NCBI RefSeq assembly: GCF_009914755.1
Contig: NC_060929.1
Length of the DNA: 64,000 nucleotides
From: the human T2T-CHM13v2.0 reference genome, Homo sapiens
Reading direction: 5' to 3' (one strand)
Shown: positions 56,276-64,000 of the stretch, one piece after another
How the letters are laid out: every line of letters starts with the position of its first letter
Position numbering within the stretch: position 1 is the first letter of the stretch
Translations under genes and position numbers: made by a program
Notes under the pieces: generated by a model
The model's database searches: none
What the model saw: the letters and a program-made list of their open reading frames with translations, nothing else
What the model was told of the DNA's origin: nothing

Positions 56276-57339
56276 ATCATGTCTTATGTGGGAATGTGGA
56301 TGGAGCTGGAGGCTATTATCCTTAGCAAACTAATGCAGGAACAGAAAACCGAATACCACATGTTCTTACTTACAGGTAGGAGCTAAACGATGACAATTTA
56401 TGAACACAAAGAAGAAAACAACAGACACTGAGGTGTACTTGAGAGTGGAGGGTGGGAAGAGGGAGAGGAGCAGAGAAGATAACTATTTGGTACTGCACTT
56501 AATACCTGGGTGATGAAATAATCTGTACAAGAAACCTCCATGACTTGAGTTTATCTATATAATAAACCTTCACATGTACCACCAAACCTAAACTAAAAGT
56601 TAAAAAAAAAGAATATTAGGTGTAAAAAGACATGTTGATTATTTTTCTAAATTATGCTCTGATTTTGGAATGACAAAATCAAGAGTTATGAGAAGATATT
56701 TAGGCACTTGATTAAAATAGAAACAATAGCTTGGTTACCTATTAATCAAAGAGACCATATGATATTTTAAATAAACATTGAAAAAGATGACACAAGAATA
56801 TGGAATCTTGGCTCTTTAGAATCAAAGGCATAATAAAGTCACACAAAGAACAGAAAATTATTCTGGTGAGACTTTGAATTCTTGCTATCCAGACAGATAA
56901 CACAGGGTGTAGAAAATAACCTTTTTCTTTCCCTCATAAGAGCAGAAATAAATACTCTAAGACAAATCTATCACTTTAAAAGAGAGAAATCATATTCTAG
57001 GTTTTCATTAATGTCAGACTTAGCAGTGAAGATTCTCAGGTTCCTCTCACCCCCCTTGTTTAAACTTATGGATGAGCTCATCAACACTATGCAAACTTTT
57101 CCAGAATTTGAGGACATTCCTTGGCTTCTTTCAGACTCATCATTTGTAAGTATTATAAATCAATTTCTAAAAACCCTCTACAACTTTCTATATTCAAGTT
57201 TTGTCTCCCATTATTCTTTTTCACATGTGGAACAACCAGATACTTTACTTAGGTCAAAACTACCTCTTTGATCCTTGCCATTTTCCTTTCCCATGATCTT
57301 GCAAATAGTTGAATTTATTTGCCATAATGCCTGGTATAG

Positions 57340-57669
<330 letters not shown>

Positions 57670-58536
57670 TAGTCTTAACCATTTATATTCATTAAAACTT
57701 ATAAACAAATTCTATTTTAAAAAGAGAACTTGTAAGTAAGTATGTAATTAAGAATTATCTGTCATACACAAGCATTTAGGCAGACCCAAAAGCATAGAGG
57801 AACATATAATACAACCTCCTACTGCCATCCACATGCCTTTTACACCTTCTCCAAGTGGCAAAAAGAAACACTTCCACTAACAAGATCCAAAGATACAGTC
57901 ACTCTATAATATATGCAAATAGGAAGCAAAAGTATACCCATTTAGATGTTAAGATGACACTCAGTAACCGAGATTTCTGTATTCTATTTTACTTAGAAAT
58001 TACCCAGGTAGTCAAAGATTCTTCATTAATCATTATCCTTTATCAATTTAATATTAGTTTATAGATTCAAAGTTTACTGAGGGTGTTAGAAATTATGTTC
58101 AAACAGATATGCTACACATATAATTGCTGTTAATAGAAAAGGTTTGTAAAAACTCTAATTCAATTTATTTGAAAATTTTGTTTTCCCACAATCCTAAATA
58201 TTATGTAGGGCTAATATTAGCTAATCTAATAAATGAATTAGTGTAAAAAGTTTAGGAAGTTCAGATTAACTAGTATCTTCACATAAAAGAAAATATACCA
58301 AACCTTACTTTCAAAAAATCTTATATTTATACCCCACACTGATAAAACCATAGGAAATTACATGTAACTGTTGCTAATCCTAATTATTAAATCAACCTGA
58401 TTTGGACATGGATTCATCTTGATTACTTGAATTTTGATTCTTATGAAAATGCCTCCTAGCTAGCATTTTCTGTAAGAGAGAATTTTTGTAGGTTAGCCCA
58501 TTTAAAGTATTAGTTTAGCTTCTTTATTTTGGGGGA

Positions 58537-60919
58537 TGACATGGTTTGGCTCTGTATCGCCACCGAAATCTTATGTTTAATTGTAATTCCCTATGTTGGG
58601 GTGGAACTTAGTGGTAGATGATTGAATTATGGGGGTGGATTTCCCCCTGCTGTTCTCATGATAGTTAGTGAATTCTCACAAGATCTGGTTGTTTAAAATT
58701 GTGTAGCACTTCCCCTTTTGCTCTCTGTCTCCTGTCACCATGTGAAGATATGCTTGCTTTCCCTTTACTTCCACCATGATTGCAAGTTTCCTGAAGCCTC
58801 CCCAGCCATGCCTCTGGTACAGCCTGTGGAACTGTGAGTCAATTAAACCTCTTTTCTTTAAAAACTATCCAGTCTCAGATAGTTCTTTATAGAAATGTGA
58901 GAACAAACTAATACAGAAAATTGGTACCAAAGAAGTGGGGCATTGCTATAAAGATACATGAAAATGTAAAAGCAACTTTGGAACTGTGTAATGGGAAGAA
59001 GTTGAAACAGTTTGGAGTGTTCAGAAGAAGACAGGAAGATGAGGGAAATTTGGAACTTCCTAGAAACTTGTTGAATGATTTGACCAAAATGCTGATAGTG
59101 TTATGAACAGTGATGTCCAAGCTGAGGTGGTCTCATAGGGAGATGAGGAACTTACTGGGAACTGGAATAAAAGATCCCTCTTGCTACACTTTAGCAAAGA
59201 GACTGGCAGCATCGTGCCCCTGCTCTAGAGATCTGTGGAACTTTGAACTTGAGAGACATGATTTAGGGTATCTGGTGGAAGAAATTTCTAAGCAGAAAAG
59301 TGTTCAAGATATGGCCTGGCTGCATCTAAAAGCTTATGCTCATTTGCATGACCAAAGAAATGACCTAAAACTAGACCTTATATTTAAAAGGGAAGCAGAG
59401 CATAAAAGTTTGGAAAACATGCAGTCAGATCATCCAATAAAGAAGAAAAACCCATTTTCTGGGAAAAAAAAATTCAAGGTTACAGAAATTTGCATAAGTA
59501 AAGAAGAGCTGAATGTTAATAGCCAAGACAATGGAGAGAATGCCTTCAGGGCATTTCAGAGACCTTAGCAGGAGCCCCTCCCATCACAGGCCTGCAGGCC
59601 TAAAAGGGAAAAATTGTTTTGTGGGTCAGACTCAGGGCCCTGCTGCTCTGTGCATCCTTGGGACAAGGCACCCTGCATCCCAATTGCCCCAGCTCCAGCT
59701 GTGACTAAAATGGGTCAAAGTACTGCTGGGGTCATTGCTTCAGAGGATGCAAACCCCAAGCCTTGCTGACTTCCAAGTGGTGTTGGGCCTGTGCATGTAC
59801 AGAAGGCAAGAGTTGAGGTTTGGGGGAATCTGCCTAGATTTCAGAGGATGTTTGGAAATGCCTGAATGTCCAGGCAGAAGCCTGCTGAAAGGATGGAGCC
59901 CTCATGGAGACCTTCCACTAGGGCAGTGTGGAGGGGAAATGTGGGGCTGGAGCCCCCACACAGAGTCCCCATTTGGGCACTGCCTAGTGGAGCTGTGAGA
60001 AGAGGGCCGCCACTATCCTCCACCTCCCAGAATGGTAGGTCTTTTGACAGCTTGCACTGTGCATATGGAAAAGCCAAAGGCACTCAGTGCCAGCCATGAG
60101 GGCTGTACCCTGCAGAGCCACAGAGGCAGAGCTGCCCAAGGCCTTGGGAGCCTACCCCTTGCATCAATGTGGCCTGGATGTGAGACATGGAGTCAAAGGA
60201 GATTATTTTGGAGCTTTAAGATTTAAGAACTGCCCTGCTGGGTTTGGGACTTGCATGGGGCCTGTAGATCCCTTTGTTTTGGCCAATTTCTCCCTTTTGG
60301 AATGAGAGAATTTACTCAATGCCTATACCCCCATTATATCATAGAAAAACAAACTTGTTTTTGATTTACAGGCTCACAGAGGGAAACAACTTGCCTTGTC
60401 TCAGATGAGACTTTGGACTTGAACTTTAGGGTTAATGCTGGAATGAATTAAGACTTTGGAGGGCTGTTGGGAGGGTATGATTGTGTTTTGAAATGTGAGA
60501 AGAACATGAGATTTGGGGGGGTCCAGGGGCAGAATGATATGGTTTGACTCTGTGTCCCCACCCAAATCTCATGTCAAATTGTAATTCCCAATGTTAGGGG
60601 AGGAACCTGGTGTAAGTTGATTGGATCATGGGGGTGTATTTCTCCCCTGCTGTTCTCCTGATAGTGAGTGAGTTGTCACAAAATCTAATTGTTGTTTGAA
60701 AGTGTGTAGTGCTTCCCTTTCACCATCTCTCCCCTGTCACTATATGAAGATGTGTTTGGTTCCCCTTTGCCTTCTGCCATGATTGTAAGTTTTCTGAGGG
60801 CTCCCAAGTCATGCTTCCTGTACAGCCTGTGGAATTGTGAATCAATTAAACCTCTTTTCTTTATAAACTACCCAGTCTCAGGTAGTTTTTTTATAGCAAT
60901 GTGAGAATAAACTAATACT
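58537..60919 (+). mobile_element. Full-length MaLR element (THE1D/MSTA-type): LTR 58537-58915, internal 58916-60534, LTR 60535-60919
   Basis: Paired ~380-bp LTRs. Internal MaLR ORF remnants (ENVKATLELCNG; CSRDLWNFELERHDLGYLVEEISKQKSVQ; EPPHRVPIWALPSGAVRRGP). PPT before the 3' LTR. TSD gggga / gggaa. Confidence 0.94.
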
Positions 60920-61760
60920 GGGAATTCTGAGAATATTATATCTATGTAATTCCTTAAAGTCCTATGAAGCATTTAATTAATTTAAGAGACATTGTAATCT
61001 AATTTATTAATATCCTTCAGGAGAAGGAAAATGTTTCACACTCACAGTGAGAAGTAAAGCTTTTCTTAATTACATACAAACCTACAGAGAGCTTGCAGTT
61101 TCAGTTCTGTAAACTAAGTCACAGGTCAAGAACAGATAGAAATACAAACATTCACTTATCCAGATCTCAAAGGATGTGCTTAGTTCCAGGAAGCACAAAA
61201 TATTTTCTTAGTTACTTGAGCTCACAAATGGTCAAACAAACTGAAAAGACTAACAGAATTATCTCTCATTTCTCACCCAAGAGAGTATATCCCATCGTTC
61301 TAGTAAAGATCACCAAATGATCACACTATGCAGCCAGAGTCCCATCATTGCAGTCACCAGTGGCAAATGACTATTGGTCATGCTTAAATCAGAACTATGG
61401 CTAAATCTGTCCAAGGGCCAGAAATAAAAAAGAGAAACATGATTAGAAGAGTAAGCAAGTGAAAGTGTGAGAGAGAGAGAGGAAAGACGAAGGTTTATTA
61501 CCACTTGAGATCCATTGTAGGTGCCAAAATCACTTGCCGGAGCTGCAGCAGCCCAGGTTTGTTTCCCATGCCTCAGAGTTTAATGAAAACTAGCAGGTTA
61601 GTCCACTTGACAATCTCAGCAAATCTTCAAAAACCAACAATTATTTCAATTCCCCAAAATTTAAAAACATGCAAATATAGAAACAACATGTATCCAAAAT
61701 TACTGATTCATCAATAAGGAAATAACTAAGATGGTAAAGTTATTTAAAAGAGCATTTTGA

Positions 61761-64000
61761 TCAAATAAACAATCTAATGCAACTTAAAGAACTAGAAAAG
61801 CAAGAGAAAACCAAACCAAAAATCAGTAGAAGAAAAAAAATAATAAAGGTCAGAGCAGAAATAAATGAAATAGAAATGGAAAAACAATACAAACCTCAAT
61901 GAAACAAAAAAGTTTTTCGGAGTTTAACAAAATTGACAAACCTTTAGCCAGACTAAGAGAAAAAGAGAAAATATTCAAATAAATAAAATCAGAAATTAAA
62001 AAGGACATACTACAACTGATACTGCAGAAATTCAAAGGATCACTAGTGACTACTATGAGCAACTATATGCCAGTAAATTGGAAAATTTAGAAAAAATGGA
62101 CAAATTCCTAGATTCATACAACCTACCAAGATTGAACCAGAAAGAAATTCAAAACCTGAACAGACTGATAACAAGTAACAAGATTGAAATCATAATAATA
62201 ACAATAATAAAAATCTCCCAGTAAAGAAAAGCCTGGGACCTGATGGCTTTGACTGAGTTCTACTAAACCGAATTCTACTAAATATTTAAATAAGAACAAA
62301 TACCAATTAGTTCTTCTAATTCTACTATTTAAGGAAGAACTAATATCAATCCTACTCAAACTATTCCCAAAAATAAAGGAGGTTGGAAGACCTCCAAACT
62401 CATTCTATGAGGCCAGTATTACCCTGATATCAAAACCAGTCAAAGACACATCAAAAAAAGAAAACTACAGGCCAATATCTCTGATGAATATTGATGCACA
62501 AATCCTCAACAAAATACTAGGAAGCTGAATCCAACAACACATTAGAAAGATTATTCATCATGACCAAGTAGGATTTATCCCTGAGATGCAAGGATGATTC
62601 AACATATACAAATCAATCAATGTGATATATCATATAAACAGAATGAAGGAGAAAAATCATATGATCATTTCATTGACACTGAAAAAGCATTTGATAAAAT
62701 TCAACATCCCTTCATGATAAAAACTCTCAAAACCTGGGGATAGAAGGAACATACTTCAACATAATAAAAACAACAGACCCACGCTAATATACTGAATGGG
62801 AAAAAACTGAAAGCTTTTCCTCTAAGATAAGGAACACAACAAGGGCGCCTGTTGTCACCACTGTTATTCAACATAGTGCTAGAAGTCTTAGCTAATCAGA
62901 CTAGAGACATGCAAAGGAATGAAACTAGACCCCCAGCTCTCACCATATAAACAAATAGAGTCAAAATGGATTAAAGACTTAAATCTAAGACCTCAAATTA
63001 TGAAACTACTATAAGAAAACATTGGGGAAAATCTCCAGGACATTGGTATGGGCAAAAATTTCTTATTACCCCACAAGTACAGGCAACCAAAGCAAAAACG
63101 GACAAATAGGATCACATCAACTTAAAAAGTTTCTGCCCAGAAAAGGATGCAATCAACAAAGAGAAGAGACAACCCACAGAATGTGAGAAAATATTTGCAA
63201 ACTACTCAACTGACAAGTAATTAATAACCAGAATATATAAGAAGCTATAGGAAAAAAAATCAAATAATCTGATCAAAGATGGGCAAAAGATTTGAATAGA
63301 CATTTCTCAAAAGAAGATATACAAATGGCAAACAGGCCTAGAAAAAGGGGCTCAACATTATCAATCATCAGAGAAATGCAAATCAAAACTATGATGAGAT
63401 ATCATCTCACCCCAGTTAAAATGGCTTATATCCAAAAGACAGGCAATAACAAATGCTGGAAAGGATGTGGGGAAAAGGGGACCCTTGTATACTCTTGGTA
63501 GGATGTAAATTAGTACAACTACTATGGGGAACAATTTGGAGATGCCTCAACAAACTAAAAATTGAGCTACCATATAATCCAGCAACTCCACTGCTGGATA
63601 TATACCCAAAACAAAAGAAATCAGTATATCGACAAGATACGTGGACTCCTAGGTTTGCTGCAGCACTGTTTTCAATAGCTAAGATTTGGAAGCAACCTGA
63701 GTGTCCACCAACAGATGAATGGATAAAGAAAATGTGGTACACATATACAATGAAGTACTATTCACCCATAAAAAATAATGAGATTCAGTCATTTGCAACA
63801 ATATGAACAACATAGATGGAACTGGAGATCAGTACGTTAAGTGAAATAAGCCAAGCACAGAAAGACAAATATTGCATGTTCTCGCTTATTTGTGGGATCT
63901 AAAAATCAAAACAATTGAACTCATGGACATAGAGAGCAGGAGGATGTTTACCAGAGGCTGGAAAGGGTAGTAGGAAGGGGCGGGTAAGGTGAGGATCGTT
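61761..64000 (+). mobile_element. L1MA1/2-like ORF2 fragment and 3'UTR with a large internal deletion at ~62905; runs off the window
   Basis: ORF2 peptides ([33 protein letters not shown]; LPYNPATPLLDIYP). 3'UTR 'aaaatcaaaacaattgaactcatggacatagagag'. Confidence 0.92.

Larger units (their letters stand above)
53197..56607 (+). mobile_element. 5'-truncated L1PA13-like 3' end, split by HERV-H
   Basis: ORF2 C-terminus (HFSKEDRHVANKHM...IIREMHIKTTMRY) and 3'UTR resume across the HERV-H. A tail. Degenerate TSD aaaggatgtcaggtgt / aaagaatattaggtgt. Confidence 0.9.

Overview
Primate (most likely human or great ape) genomic DNA that looks intergenic or deep-intronic and is made up mostly of transposable-element remains. 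I find no credible cellular protein-coding gene, tRNA, rRNA or CRISPR array. The ORFs in the track are either decayed L1/ERV/MaLR/Alu reading frames or chance ORFs. Main content: a near-full-length old L1PA (1.6-7.8 kb), a two-LTR MER65-like ERV1 provirus (9.36-14.72 kb), LTR33 copies and Zaphod-type hAT elements around an ancient non-LTR RT remnant (15-20 kb), an internally deleted L1MA (20.7-24.9 kb), and many Alu/MIR/L2/MLT/MER copies. At 51.7-61.8 kb there is a nested cluster: an old ERV shell hosting a solo LTR30-like LTR, an L1 that itself carries a 2.6-kb HERV-H, an Alu, and a full THE1D/MSTA element. Family and subfamily names come from recalled consensus motifs, not from a database search. 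TSDs, LTR pairs, PBS/PPT and repeats were read directly from the sequence. I cannot support a new biological system. The best leads are (i) a Zaphod shell enclosing about 500 bp of GC-richer, promoter-motif-rich sequence, (ii) a mini HERV-H that keeps its promoter, PBS and splice donor, and (iii) a candidate spliced L1.
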